A DNA stretch of 64,000 nucleotides from Flavobacteriales bacterium (GTDB taxonomy: Bacteria; Bacteroidota; Bacteroidia; Flavobacteriales; Flavobacteriaceae), in the NCBI GenBank assembly GCA_038243395.1, contig JBBSRC010000005.1, forward strand, positions 10,701 through 74,700, read 5' to 3'. A model generated the notes under the pieces. The model searched no databases. It was given only the letters and a program-made list of their open reading frames with translations, and had not been told where the DNA came from. Made by a program: the position numbers and the translations under genes. Shown piece by piece: positions 1 to 9,942 of the stretch; position 1 is the stretch's first letter; every line of letters starts with the position of its first letter.

Positions 1-21
1 CTCATTAAAAAACGCAGATCT

Positions 22-1159
22 CTATTCTAAAGAAAGATTCAAGATTGGAATACTATTAGCCGCTTCTTTCATTTTGACATCAATAATTTTGGCATAAATC
101 TGCGTGGTTCTTATCTCTCTATGGCCAAGTCGTTTGGAAACTGTATAAATATCAGCTCCATTCTCTAGTAATAAAACAGCATTTGTATGTCTGGCACTAT
201 GAAAGGTAATATGCTTTGATACGCCTGCACGATTGCACCAACGCACTATTTCGTTATTATAAACTGCCGAGTATTTTAGACCTACAAACACACGATCATT
301 GGGAGCGCAACGTTCGCCTAACAATTCGCGTGCTTGGTCTGAGATATAAAGATATTCTACACCGTCTGTTTTCTGTTGTCTAAAGTTTACACGGCTTACA
401 CCATCTTCATCACGCACCTCCGACCATGTCATAGCATTAATATCTGACCATCTTAAACCTGATAAACATGAAAACAAAAAAGCACGTTTCAAAACTTCGT
501 ATTTACAGTCGGTACTGGCTAAAGTCTGTAGCTCCTGAAAAGTTAGATATTCGCGTTGGCTTTCTGCCTGCTCAAAGGACTTCACTTTGGTACCGTAGTT
601 AAGTGCTAAATAGCCTTCGTCAAAAGCGGCTCTTAAAGTGGCTTTAAATTTGTTGAAGTAGGAATATTTTGAATTTAGTGATAACGGCAAATTACTTTTT
701 GTTCGAGCTTCTTTATCGATGTATTTACGTACTCGGTTAACCAAGGCTTCGTCAATATCGTCAAAAGTAGTATTTGGAGAAATACAACGTTCAAAGTGCA
801 TGAATGCCGCAGTCCAATTTCCATAGTTTTTAGGACTGTCATATCGCTCTTCTGCCTTTTCTCGAAAGAATTCTAAAAATCGTGTGATCCCTTTAGTTGT
901 AGTTTTAAGATCAAACTTGCCCTGATAGTATTCTGCTTCCCGAATAGCAAGAATCTTTTTGGCTAAGGTCATTGTTTCCTTGTTCTCTTTTCTTTCAATA
1001 GCATTCTTAGGCTCACTATGCAAATACATTTTTAGATTTTCATAGTCGCGAATGTGTTTTCTTTTACCTTCTGGGGATGTCTCCGATCCCTTGTGGTACT
1101 CTATTAGCAAGCTAATTTTCCCACTTTGCAGTTTGCGTTCTTTTAGATTTTATTTTCAT
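22..1159 (-). mobile_element. Tyrosine recombinase/integrase of an integrative element; 1-nt frameshift near the 5' end (ORF track calls only 22..1110)
   Basis: Catalytic residues present: SGLRWSD (R), QQKT (K), HSARH, RLGH, TTQIY. ATG at 1159 joins the main frame as MKINLKERKLQSGKISLLIEY if one A is removed. Confidence 0.9.
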
Positions 1160-1182
1160 TAAACAAGCATCGGAAACGTCTT

Positions 1183-1200
1183 CTATTTGCCAATACAGAA
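1183..1200 (-). other. Putative att core: last 18 bp of mnmE (TTCTGTATTGGCAAATAG)
   Basis: Lies immediately upstream of the integrase. The trmE/mnmE 3' end is a known integration target (SGI1 family). A second copy would lie outside the window. Confidence 0.55.
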
Positions 1201-2592
1201 ATTCGCAAATATATTCCCCAAGAGTTCATCATTAGTAACCTGCCCCGTAATCTCTCCGAAATGATAAAGCGCCTGCCTAATATCAATCGCCAATAAATCG
1301 CCGGATAAATCAGATTCCAAACCGTATTTTACTTTTTGAATTTCTTCTAAAGCTTTTAATAAGGCATCATAATGCCTGCTATTGGTAACAATAGTTTCAT
1401 TATTACGCAAAGCTCCTGTATTGATAAGGTTGAGCAAGGTGTTGGTCAACTCCTCTAACCCAAGTTTTGTTTTGGCAGATATAGGAATGAGGTGTGCTGT
1501 ATGAGATTTGAGGGCTGTCGTTAAATTCACTAACGCCACCTCTGAAATTTGATCGATTTTATTAAGAACAACCAATATTTGTTTTTGGGGAAATCTATTT
1601 TTTATTTTTTCTAATTCAACGATAAAAGGTTGAAGGGCATTACTGCCATTTGCCAACTGTACACTGCTTACTAAAAACATGACCACTTGGGCCTGCTCTA
1701 TTTTTTCAAAAGTTTTCTTGATGCCAATGCTTTCTATCACATCTTTGGTGTCCCTGATCCCTGCAGTATCTATAAATCGGAAACCCATGCCACCAATGGA
1801 GATCTCGTCTTCAATGGCATCCCTGGTCGTTCCTGCGATATCAGAAACAATAGCGCGCTCTTCATTCAGCAAGGCATTTAGCAAGGTCGATTTTCCTACA
1901 TTAGGCTCGCCAACAATAGCAACAGGAATGCCATTTTTCAAGACATTACCTACTGCAAAAGAGTCAATTAAACGTCTCAATACCATGCCAATACGCTCAA
2001 TGAGCAATTTGAATTGCGTTCTGTCGGCAAACTCTACATCTTCTTCAGCAAAATCCAACTCCAACTCAATTAAGGAGGCGAAATTTAATAACTCTTCACG
2101 CAGTTTCGCTATTTCACTAGAAAAACCACCACGCATTTGTCGCATCGCAACTTGATGTGACGCTTCATTGTCGCTCGATATTAAATCAGCCACGGCCTCT
2201 GCCTGACTCAAATCTAACTTGCCATTTAGAAATGCTCTTAGGGTAAACTCACCCGCATTCGCCATTCGGCAACCATTCTTTAAAAACAATTGGATGATTT
2301 CCTGTTGAATATAAATGCTTCCATGACAGGAAATTTCAATGACGTTTTCACCAGTATACGAATGTGGATCCTTAAAAATAGTCACTAAAACCTCATCTAT
2401 AATTCTCAGTTCGTCAACGATATGGCCTAAATGGACGGTATGCGATTTTTGGGCGGACAAGGATTTCCCTGAAATAGATTTAAAAAACTTAGACCCAATA
2501 GAAATAGCATCTTTTCCTGACAGTCGTATTACCGCAATCGCACCGCTTCCAGACGCCGTGGCCAAGGCAATTATAGTATCATTAGCAATCAT
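1183..2592 (-). CDS. mnmE: tRNA modification GTPase MnmE (TrmE)
   Basis: N-terminal DTIIALAT, GEFTLRAFLNGK, P-loop GEPNVGKS, DTAG, NKID, C-terminal FCIGK. Confidence 0.98.
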   Translation of the reverse strand: MIANDTIIALATASGSGAIAVIRLSGKDAISIGSKFFKSISGKSLSAQKSHTVHLGHIVDELRIIDEVLVTIFKDPHSYTGENVIEISCHGSIYIQQEIIQLFLKNGCRMANAGEFTLRAFLNGKLDLSQAEAVADLISSDNEASHQVAMRQMRGGFSSEIAKLREELLNFASLIELELDFAEEDVEFADRTQFKLLIERIGMVLRRLIDSFAVGNVLKNGIPVAIVGEPNVGKSTLLNALLNEERAIVSDIAGTTRDAIEDEISIGGMGFRFIDTAGIRDTKDVIESIGIKKTFEKIEQAQVVMFLVSSVQLANGSNALQPFIVELEKIKNRFPQKQILVVLNKIDQISEVALVNLTTALKSHTAHLIPISAKTKLGLEELTNTLLNLINTGALRNNETIVTNSRHYDALLKALEEIQKVKYGLESDLSGDLLAIDIRQALYHFGEITGQVTNDELLGNIFANFCIGK

Positions 2593-2705
2593 AATCCATC
2601 ATTTTACTGCAAAAATATTGTAAATATGCCATCTTTTAGGTTTAAAGCGAATTTTCTTAGGCCAATGCATTTGAGTCCGCAACTTTTATAGTTGGCATAA
2701 CTTAT

Positions 2706-2713
2706 TATATTTG
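2706..2713 (+). promoter_or_regulatory. Bacteroidota sigma-70 -7 element (TATATTTG)
   Basis: Matches TAnnTTTG, 21 bp before the ATG at 2735. Confidence 0.55.
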
Positions 2714-2734
2714 TAAACTTTCAAAAATCATCCC

Positions 2735-3880
2735 ATGAAAAGAGTACTTAGTATTTTAATGTTAAGCCTAATATTAGCATCCTGTAAATCCGATCAACAA
2801 ACTGAAAAAGACAGTTATATAATAAGCGGAACCGCGCCAGGGGTTCATAATGGCGTGCGGGCCTATTTAAAAACTGTAGATAATCAACGACGCGAAATAA
2901 TCCAGGATACTGCGATTATACGTGATGGTATATTTACATTTAAGGGGAAAGTAGATGTGCCACAACTTTGGTATTTAAGCATTAATGGTGTAAATGGCAG
3001 TTTTCCCTTGATCATTGAAAACGAAGAACTTATCATTAGAGGGAATTCAGAGGACCTCACGAAATCCATCATTTCAGGTTCAAAATCTAATGAAGCATTC
3101 ACAACATACACGAAAAATATTCAGGAATTATCGGAAAATCGCCATGCCTTGTTAATGAGGAATACTAATATCCAACGATCCAATGACACCGAAGAAAAGG
3201 CTAGAATTGCCATACAAATTAAGAACATAAATCAGCAATTGGCAGCCTTTCCAATGTCTTTTATAAGTGAACATCCAGATAATAGTTTTTCCTTATTAAT
3301 ATTGGAATCTTTAATCGGAACACCAGATAGCGATCTCGTTGCGATTGAAAAGCAGTACAAGGCTCTTGATTCAGATATTATAACATCAGATTATGGCCAA
3401 CGGGTTTCTGAGCAATTGAATGCCAAAAAAACACAAAGGGCTCAATTCAGCACGGTTGACGTTGGTAAAATGGCACCAAATTTTTCTGCACCAGATCCTG
3501 ATGGAAATACTATTACGCTCAGTGATATCAAAGGAAAAGTTACCATTATCGATTTTTGGGCGTCGTGGTGTGGCCCTTGCAGGAAAGAAAATCCAAATGT
3601 GGTAAAAGTCTATCAAAAATATCACAATAAAGGCCTAGAGATAATCAATGTCTCTCTTGACAGACCTGGACATAAAGACATATGGATAAAGGCCATTGCA
3701 GATGATAAATTGACTTGGCACCATGTGTCGAACCTTAATTACTTTAATGATCCGGTAGCAAAGTTATATCATATCAGATCTATTCCATCTACCTACATTT
3801 TAGATGAAACCGGAACCATTGTTGCCAAGAACCTGAGAGGATCTGCATTAGAGGCTAAAATAGCTGAGCTTTTGAATTAA
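2735..3880 (+). CDS. TlpA-like thiol-disulfide oxidoreductase lipoprotein (DUF4369-type N-terminus plus thioredoxin domain)
   Basis: Lipobox LILASC; FWASWCGPC motif; C-terminal IPSTYILD. Confidence 0.9.
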   Translation: MKRVLSILMLSLILASCKSDQQTEKDSYIISGTAPGVHNGVRAYLKTVDNQRREIIQDTAIIRDGIFTFKGKVDVPQLWYLSINGVNGSFPLIIENEELIIRGNSEDLTKSIISGSKSNEAFTTYTKNIQELSENRHALLMRNTNIQRSNDTEEKARIAIQIKNINQQLAAFPMSFISEHPDNSFSLLILESLIGTPDSDLVAIEKQYKALDSDIITSDYGQRVSEQLNAKKTQRAQFSTVDVGKMAPNFSAPDPDGNTITLSDIKGKVTIIDFWASWCGPCRKENPNVVKVYQKYHNKGLEIINVSLDRPGHKDIWIKAIADDKLTWHHVSNLNYFNDPVAKLYHIRSIPSTYILDETGTIVAKNLRGSALEAKIAELLN

Positions 3881-3904
3881 AAACTTAAGACTGCCTCGAA
3901 GCTT

Positions 3905-3928
3905 GACTCGCTAACGAAGCGTCGAGTC
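3905..3928. repeat. Short palindrome GACTCG-N12-CGAGTC downstream of the TlpA gene
   Basis: Perfect 6-bp arms, 24 bp after the stop codon. Confidence 0.4.
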
Positions 3929-4283
3929 CAAAATCGTTGTAAATATGATTAAAGTGTAAAACGGACCAAATTAACAATTCAATGAGAATTTTTATAAATA
4001 AAAAAACGAAGTTGCCATAATTAAAAATCAAAGGAATAAAGCGACATCACTTTTTAATTAGAGAAAATTCGTTAGATAGTTAATAAGGTTTACAGTAATT
4101 AACTTACGCAGGAATTCTGAGGAAAATAGTGAATTATTAAGAATTCGTATTCCCGATATCTAACATATCCGTGTCAAAAATTTTAGAAGCTAAAGTGAGA
4201 TGCAGTAAAAACATACTGTTTTAAATTTATCTGAAATCAACAAAAACTGGAATCTCAAATGTGCTGTAACATAAATAGTGCAC

Positions 4284-4934
4284 TTAGAGCTTCCCCATTT
4301 TATGCATCACAAACAATACTATAATAGGAATCGCTAACAAACCTACCATTAGCAAATCAGTTTGAAATAATGAAGGTAGAAGTATTAAGGTAACCACATA
4401 ACCACCAATGGCTCCTCCAAAATGGGCATCATGTCCAATATTACCCAATTGTCTTTTCATGCCATAAATGGAGTACATTAAATACAAAATTCCGAAAACA
4501 TAAGCAGGAATTGGCAACGGGATAAACAAAATTCCCAATTGCATATTTGGTTGTAATAAAATTGCAGAATATAAGACACCAGTTACCGCACCACTGGCTC
4601 CTACTGCACTGTAATGAGATTCATCTTTATGGAAATAAAGCGACAGCAAATTCCCCAAAATCAAGCTGGCAATATAAATGATTAAAAAGTGGAGCGTACC
4701 CAAATGGTAAATAACTACGGGCGCAAAAAAGTAAAGCGTAAACATATTGAAGAAAAGGTGCATCGTATCGACATGCAGAAAACCTGAACTAAACACTCTG
4801 ATTTTCTCCCCACGCCTAATTCCTCCAACGTTAAATTTATAGCGTTCGAAAAAGCCGAAATCTTTAAATCCCTTAAATGAAATGATGGCATTCGCCGCAA
4901 TTACAATAATGGTTACCAAATCTATATTACCCAT
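4284..4934 (-). CDS. Rhomboid family intramembrane serine protease
   Basis: HLFFNM, GASG and HFGGAIGG motifs; multiple TM segments. Confidence 0.95.
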   Translation of the reverse strand: MGNIDLVTIIVIAANAIISFKGFKDFGFFERYKFNVGGIRRGEKIRVFSSGFLHVDTMHLFFNMFTLYFFAPVVIYHLGTLHFLIIYIASLILGNLLSLYFHKDESHYSAVGASGAVTGVLYSAILLQPNMQLGILFIPLPIPAYVFGILYLMYSIYGMKRQLGNIGHDAHFGGAIGGYVVTLILLPSLFQTDLLMVGLLAIPIIVLFVMHKMGKL

Positions 4935-4992
4935 AAACTCCTATTAAATGTATTAAAGCATATCTTTGCAGCTGCAAATCTAATATTAAAAA

Positions 4993-5889
4993 ATGCAATT
5001 TCTTGTTTACATTCTGGTTTATCCGATTATTTGGCTGATATCAATCCTTCCCTTTCGCTTACTTTACGCTTTTTCTGATGGACTCTATATTATAATCTAC
5101 AAACTTGTTGGCTATAGAAAAAAAGTGGTGCAAGATAATTTAAGATTAGTTTTCCCTGAGAAACCAGATACGGAAATAAAGGATATTACAGAGAAATTTT
5201 ACCATCATTTTTGTGATATGATGGTGGAAGCCATCAAGTCCCTGACCATTTCTGAAAAAGAGATGAAGGAGCACTTCACTTTTACAAATTTAGATCTCAT
5301 ACATGATCTCGAAAAACAGAGTCGCAGTATTGCATTAATGTGCGGGCACTACGGCAGTTGGGAGTGGATTTTTATTATGCAAAAATATGTGTCACACAAA
5401 GGCTACGCAGTTTACAGTCGGTTAAGTAATAAATATTTTGATGCTTTGGTAAAACGGATTCGCGCCAAATATGACAGCACCTTAATTACCACTAAAGAAA
5501 CGATTCCCGTATTAACAAAATCCAAACTAAAAGGCGAATTAACCATCAATGGTTTTGTATCTGATCAGTCACCAATGGTTCAGAAAGCATTTTATTGGAA
5601 TGAATTCATGGGGATTAAAGTTCCTATTCATACAGGAGCTGAAATGCTGGCAAAACGATTGGACATGTCGGTAGTCTTTTTTAGAGTAAAACGACTTAAA
5701 CGTGGGTATTATGAAACCACTTTTGAATTGCTTGCTCAAAATCCGAACGATTATCCCAACTACGACATCACGGATATTTTTACTAGAAAACTCGAAGAAC
5801 AGATCAAGGAAGCTCCGCAATATTATTTATGGACGCATAGACGATGGAAACATCGGAATAAGGTGCCAATGGAGTTTCAGGAGAAATAG
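4993..5889 (+). CDS. Lipid A biosynthesis acyltransferase (LpxL/HtrB family)
   Basis: HYGSWE motif, DQSP, YLWTHRRWK C-terminal motif; TATCTTTG promoter motif at 4961-4968. Confidence 0.88.
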   Translation: MQFLVYILVYPIIWLISILPFRLLYAFSDGLYIIIYKLVGYRKKVVQDNLRLVFPEKPDTEIKDITEKFYHHFCDMMVEAIKSLTISEKEMKEHFTFTNLDLIHDLEKQSRSIALMCGHYGSWEWIFIMQKYVSHKGYAVYSRLSNKYFDALVKRIRAKYDSTLITTKETIPVLTKSKLKGELTINGFVSDQSPMVQKAFYWNEFMGIKVPIHTGAEMLAKRLDMSVVFFRVKRLKRGYYETTFELLAQNPNDYPNYDITDIFTRKLEEQIKEAPQYYLWTHRRWKHRNKVPMEFQEK

Positions 5890-6064
5890 ATACTAGACCG
5901 CTATGCTTATAGAGTTTAGACATTAGAATCGATTGGAGCTTTATAGTTTTTCATTCTCTAATCAGTGAATACCAGTGAAATTTGTATTCAAAAAATCAGT
6001 GCAAATATGTAGAAATCAGCGTCATCTGCGTTCAATAAAACCTAGTAATTTGCATTCTGTAAAA

Positions 6065-6110
6065 GCTATTACGCAGAGTTACACAGAGGAAAACACAGAG
6101 TTACGCAAAG
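6065..6110 (+). repeat. Dispersed ~45-bp ACGCAGAG/ACACAGAG element, copy 1
   Basis: gctattacgcagagttacacagaggaaaacacagagttacgcaaag aligns to 14135-14179 with a few substitutions and one gap. Confidence 0.8.
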
Positions 6111-6166
6111 TCAGAATGCTTCATAAAAAATTTGAATTCGTGAAATTCGTTTCTCAATTCGTCTAA

Positions 6167-7672
6167 TTAGAGCTCAAACCACCCATCCACCGGAAGTTCA
6201 TAATTATCCTCAACTAAAGTCGATTTGTGTACAAACTCATTGGTTGCGCTCATGTACTGATAATCATTTGCCCATTCTTTATGGTTTTCAGCAAGTGCTT
6301 TCAAACTTTCACAAAAATAAACGGTTTCTTCAGTCGTCGTTGTAGGATGAATGGACATCCGAATCCAACCCGGTTTACGAGTCAATTCACCTAAAGAAAT
6401 TTCATTGGTCAATTCATTGGACATTTCAATGTCAACATGCAACAAGAAATGACCATAAGTTCCTGCACAACTGCAACCACCTCGTGTCTGAATGCCGAAA
6501 CGATCATTTAAAATCTTTACCCCCAAGTTATAGTGCAAGTCATCGATATAAAAGGAAATTACTCCCAACCGATCTTGATGCTGACCCGCAAGAATATTGA
6601 CATTATCAATGGCGTTTAGTTTCTGGAAAATATATTCAACAATCTCGTGTTCACGTTCTAGAATATTTTCAACGCCCATTTGGTCCTTCAACTTAATGGC
6701 CAATGCCGTTTTGATAGTCTGTAAAAAACCTGGCGTACCACCATCTTCCCGATCTTCAATATTATCGATATACTTATGTTCTCCCCAAGGATTGGTCCAA
6801 CTTACCGTACCGCCTCCTGGACTATCAGGAATCATGTTTTTGTAAAGTTTTTTACTGAAAATTAAAACACCTGAGGTTCCCGGCCCTCCAATAAATTTGT
6901 GAGGGGAAAAGAAAATAGCATCCAAGGCTTCCTCTTCATCTTCCGGATGCATATCAATATCAACATAAGGTGCAGAACACGCAAAATCCACAAAACAAAC
7001 GCCTCCATTTTGATGCATCAATTTGGCGATAGCATGATAAGGTGTTTGAATTCCGGTCACGTTCGATCCGCCAACGACAGAAGCAATTTTAATAGGATGA
7101 TCGTTATATTTCTCAAGAAGTACCTTAAAATTTTCCAGGCAGAACAAACCATCTTCACCTGGCGGAATGACTTCCACCTTAGCAATGGTTTCTAACCACG
7201 AGGTCTGGTTAGAATGGTGTTCCATATGCGTAATGAAAACAACAGGTTTCATTTCGGCAGGAACTACTGTATGCTTTTGAAGGTTTTCAGGAACTTTCAA
7301 GCCTAGAATACGTTGAAACTTATTGATGGCCTCGGTCATTCCGCTACCACAACAAATCAATACATCATCATCATTGCTGTTGACATGATCCTTAATGATA
7401 TGCTTTGCTCTGTGATAAGCCTTGGTCATAGCCGTACCAGAAACGGTCGTCTCCGTATGGGTATTGGCCACATACGGACCAAACACATTCATCAACTTTT
7501 CTTCAATAGGTCTGTACAAACGCCCGGAAGCTGTCCAGTCCGTATAAACGATTTTCTGCGTTCCATAAGGCGTCTCAAATTCTTGATCAATGCCGATGAT
7601 ATGTTGTCTGAACTTTTGAAAATATTGCTCGAGTTCAGTTATTTTTAATTTTGGAGTTTCTGTGGAAATCAT
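6167..7672 (-). CDS. Class V PLP-dependent aminotransferase (cysteine desulfurase/selenocysteine lyase-like)
   Basis: EHHSN, FSPHKFIGGPG (PLP lysine), RGGCSCAG; minus-strand TACCTTTG motif at 7786-7793. Confidence 0.9.
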   Translation of the reverse strand: MISTETPKLKITELEQYFQKFRQHIIGIDQEFETPYGTQKIVYTDWTASGRLYRPIEEKLMNVFGPYVANTHTETTVSGTAMTKAYHRAKHIIKDHVNSNDDDVLICCGSGMTEAINKFQRILGLKVPENLQKHTVVPAEMKPVVFITHMEHHSNQTSWLETIAKVEVIPPGEDGLFCLENFKVLLEKYNDHPIKIASVVGGSNVTGIQTPYHAIAKLMHQNGGVCFVDFACSAPYVDIDMHPEDEEEALDAIFFSPHKFIGGPGTSGVLIFSKKLYKNMIPDSPGGGTVSWTNPWGEHKYIDNIEDREDGGTPGFLQTIKTALAIKLKDQMGVENILEREHEIVEYIFQKLNAIDNVNILAGQHQDRLGVISFYIDDLHYNLGVKILNDRFGIQTRGGCSCAGTYGHFLLHVDIEMSNELTNEISLGELTRKPGWIRMSIHPTTTTEETVYFCESLKALAENHKEWANDYQYMSATNEFVHKSTLVEDNYELPVDGWFEL

Positions 7673-7793
7673 TTAAATTAAGTTTTCAGGTATTTTACGC
7701 CGCTAAACAGCGGGATGAATTCAATTTTAATATTCAGATCTTCCGATAGCAATCAAGATCAGATTCATGAACATTAAAATTCATTCAAAGGTA

Positions 7794-9182
7794 CTAAATA
7801 TTCGCAACAGCCTTTATTTCAGCAATGATCTTATCGGCAAGTCTATCAGCTTCATCTTGTGAAGGCGCCTCCGTATAAATTCTGATAATGGGCTCAGTAT
7901 TACTTTTGCGCAAATGCACCCAACTGTTACTAAAATCAATTTTTACACCATCAATCGTGGTCAGTTTTTCATTTTTATACCGCTCTTCCATCGTTTTTAA
8001 AATATCGTCCACATCAATTTCTGGTGTCAAATCGATCTTTTTCTTGCCCATAAAATAATTTGGATACGTGGCTCGAAGTGCGCTTACAGACATTTCTTTT
8101 TCTGCCAGCAGGCTTAAAAACAACGCAACGCCCACAAGAGCATCACGGCCATAATGCAATTCTGGATAAATAATTCCACCGTTACCTTCGCCTCCAATAA
8201 TAGCATTATTCTTCTTCATCAATTCCACAACATTTACCTCTCCTACAGCACTGGCTTCATAACTTCCGCCGTGTTTTTCAGTGACATCTCTTAAAGCTCG
8301 GGTTGAACTCATATTGCTTACCGTATTTCCTGGTGTTTTGCTAAGTACATAATCTGCACAGGCAACCAAGGTGTATTCTTCACCAAACATGTCGCCATTT
8401 TCATCTACAAAGGCCAAACGATCCACATCAGGATCTACCGCAATTCCAAAATCAGCTTTTTCCTCAACTACCATCGCCGATAAATCTTGTAAATGTTCCT
8501 TTAAAGGTTCTGGGTTATGGGGAAAATGCCCGGTTGGTTCACAATACAATTTTATAGCTTGGACACCCAAACGTTCTAACAACAAAGGAATAACAATGCC
8601 TCCAGTAGAATTAACACCATCAACCACCACCTTAAATTTGGCATCTCTGATCGCATTTTTATTGACTAATGGCATCTTTAAAACCTCATCAATATGAATG
8701 TCGATATAAGCCTCATTTTTCGTAATCTTACCGAGTTGGTCAACTTCCGAAAAATCCATTTGGTCATTTTCTGCGATTTCTAAAATCTTGGCACCTTCAG
8801 CCGCATTTAAAAATTCGCCTTTAGCATCTAGCAATTTAAGAGCGTTCCATTGCTTTGGGTTATGACTTGCGGTTAAAATAATGCCGCCATCGGCGTGCTC
8901 CATTGGTACAGCGACTTCAACAGTCGGCGTAGTTGACAAACCAAGATCAATCACATGAATACCTAAACCTACTAATGTATTCATAACTAAGTTTTGGATC
9001 ATTTCACCAGAAATCCGCGCGTCACGCCCCACCACAACTCGGTAATTCTCCTTGTTGCGTTGTTGCTTTATCCAAACCCCATAAGCGGCTGCAAATTTAA
9101 CTGCATCAATGGGCGTCAAATTATCGCCAACTTTTCCGCCAATAGTGCCTCGTATTCCTGAAATTGATTTGATGAGTGTCAT
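7794..9182 (-). CDS. glmM: Phosphoglucosamine mutase (start revised to MTLIKS at 9182)
   Basis: SGIRG, GRDAR, TASHNP, DPDVDR, GGEGNGG motifs. The longer ORF-track start overlaps a TATATTTG motif at 9205-9212. Confidence 0.92.
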   Translation of the reverse strand: MTLIKSISGIRGTIGGKVGDNLTPIDAVKFAAAYGVWIKQQRNKENYRVVVGRDARISGEMIQNLVMNTLVGLGIHVIDLGLSTTPTVEVAVPMEHADGGIILTASHNPKQWNALKLLDAKGEFLNAAEGAKILEIAENDQMDFSEVDQLGKITKNEAYIDIHIDEVLKMPLVNKNAIRDAKFKVVVDGVNSTGGIVIPLLLERLGVQAIKLYCEPTGHFPHNPEPLKEHLQDLSAMVVEEKADFGIAVDPDVDRLAFVDENGDMFGEEYTLVACADYVLSKTPGNTVSNMSSTRALRDVTEKHGGSYEASAVGEVNVVELMKKNNAIIGGEGNGGIIYPELHYGRDALVGVALFLSLLAEKEMSVSALRATYPNYFMGKKKIDLTPEIDVDDILKTMEERYKNEKLTTIDGVKIDFSNSWVHLRKSNTEPIIRIYTEAPSQDEADRLADKIIAEIKAVANI

Positions 9183-9282
9183 ATTTTTAATTTTAAATGA
9201 AAAGCAAATATACAATTACAAAATCGGAAATTTTAGGATGCGCCTGTCGAAATACTAAAAAGCAATTTCGTAAATTGGACCA

Positions 9283-9888
9283 ATGAATTTCTTAGCACAT
9301 ATTTATCTTTCAGGAGATCACGATTTAATTACAATTGGAAACTTTATGGCGGATAGCATCAAAGGTAAACGGTATCAAAATTATTCAGATGCCCTCCAAG
9401 TAGGCATTCTTCTGCATCGCGAAATTGATACATTTACCGATGCGCATCCTACCGTAAGATTGAGTACAAAACGCTTACATTACAGATACGGTCATTACAG
9501 CGGTGTCATCGTTGACATTTTATACGATCATTATTTAGCTAAAAACTGGTCCTTATATTCAGAAACACCATTAGAAACTTATGTGGAAGATTTTTATGAA
9601 TCACTTCGAATTCATTCCAATCTACTCCCATTGCGAATCCAAAACATGATGCCTTATATGTTGGCCGATAATTGGTTGTTGCACTATGCCGAAATTGATG
9701 GCATCCAAAACGTTTTAAACGGCATGAACAGACGTACCAAAAATATCGTTGGAATGGATCGCGCTACGGATGAACTCCACGAATTCTATCAGGAATTTGA
9801 AGAGGAATTTACCTCTTTTTTTGAAGAATTGCGTACGTTCTCAGCTCAAAAATTAGCCGCCCTGAAACTGACTTACACTTTAGATTAA
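9283..9888 (+). CDS. acpH: ACP phosphodiesterase
   Basis: MNFLAH, GNFMADSIKG, HREIDTFTD, DILYDHYLA. Confidence 0.88.
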   Translation: MNFLAHIYLSGDHDLITIGNFMADSIKGKRYQNYSDALQVGILLHREIDTFTDAHPTVRLSTKRLHYRYGHYSGVIVDILYDHYLAKNWSLYSETPLETYVEDFYESLRIHSNLLPLRIQNMMPYMLADNWLLHYAEIDGIQNVLNGMNRRTKNIVGMDRATDELHEFYQEFEEEFTSFFEELRTFSAQKLAALKLTYTLD

Positions 9889-9942
9889 TGTCATTATGGC
9901 TATCATTTTTTATAATTCACACATTTAAAAAACATCATTTCT

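Noticed and set aside
1183-2734. oriC near mnmE
   Set aside because: I found no TTATCCACA-type DnaA box cluster and no dnaA/rnpA/yidC context.
5975-6166. 63-aa ORF
   Set aside because: Composed almost entirely of stacked repeat elements.
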